Source of the DNA: Glycera tridactyla
Taxonomy: Eukaryota
Assembly (NCBI GenBank): GCA_965644265.1
Contig: OZ286466.1
Coordinates: forward strand, 38,068,001 to 38,132,000
Reading direction: 5' to 3'
Length of the DNA stretch: 64,000 nt
Position 1 is the first letter of the stretch, and each line of letters begins with the position of its first letter. Position numbers and translations under genes: made by a program. The notes under the pieces were generated by a model, which did not search any database, was not told the DNA's origin, and saw only the letters and a list, made by a program, of their open reading frames with translations. Below are positions 63,566 through 64,000 of the stretch, piece after piece.

Positions 63566-64000
63566 ACTGCTCAACACCAACCATCTCCCACTGCATGAAG
63601 ATTCGAGACTAGTAGACTCCGGATGCCTTAATGAATATTATGATTAAATGATGCACAATGGTCAAAGGAAGCGGATGCATAAGAGGGTGTGGTCACTCAA
63701 GGAAATTGGGAAGGGATAATCATGCTGCATATACCCCTGATAATACATGCAAGTTTTCTAAGCACCTGTCTTAACACAAATTCCTGTAACTATGAATGAA
63801 AGGGAGACCTCCTGAGGGTACCAGACGGATTTGACTTTTCATTCCCAGCAACCAACCTGATGCAGCCAGAGTGCTACCAAGCATTCAAGCTGATTGCTTC
63901 TCTGACTGATAGATTGGCTCGGGGTTTCACGGTTCAATTAGTGTGTGACCATGAGCCATGATTACCCATTTCACTGTCAGAAATCATTCGACCAATGATG

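Overview
Eukaryotic, AT-rich (roughly 37-38% GC by eye) genomic DNA with GT-AG introns, microsatellites, five N-gaps and many small transposon relics. It looks like an invertebrate animal, but the species cannot be determined from the sequence. The main content is two tandem, head-to-tail, multi-exon genes on the minus strand. Each encodes a cell-surface protein of about 395 aa with three Ig-like domains (V-type, CD80-like C2-type, atypical third Ig) and a hydrophobic C-terminus typical of a GPI-anchor signal. Gene B coding exons span 47213 to 34777 and gene A coding exons span 23536 to 2662. I rebuilt both by hand, and every junction has a canonical splice site with matching phase and an open frame. 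The signal-peptide exon of each gene could not be identified with confidence. The paralogs are highly diverged but share an unusual third domain (extra A-strand Cys, F-strand Cys replaced by Phe), and gene A may have alternative 3' ends. Introns and intergenic DNA carry decayed RTE and L2/CR1 LINEs, tRNA-derived SINE-like repeats, two MITE families, two minisatellites with higher-order structure and simple repeats. No rRNA, intact tRNA, CRISPR array or prokaryotic feature was found. Most short ORFs in the supplied track look spurious.
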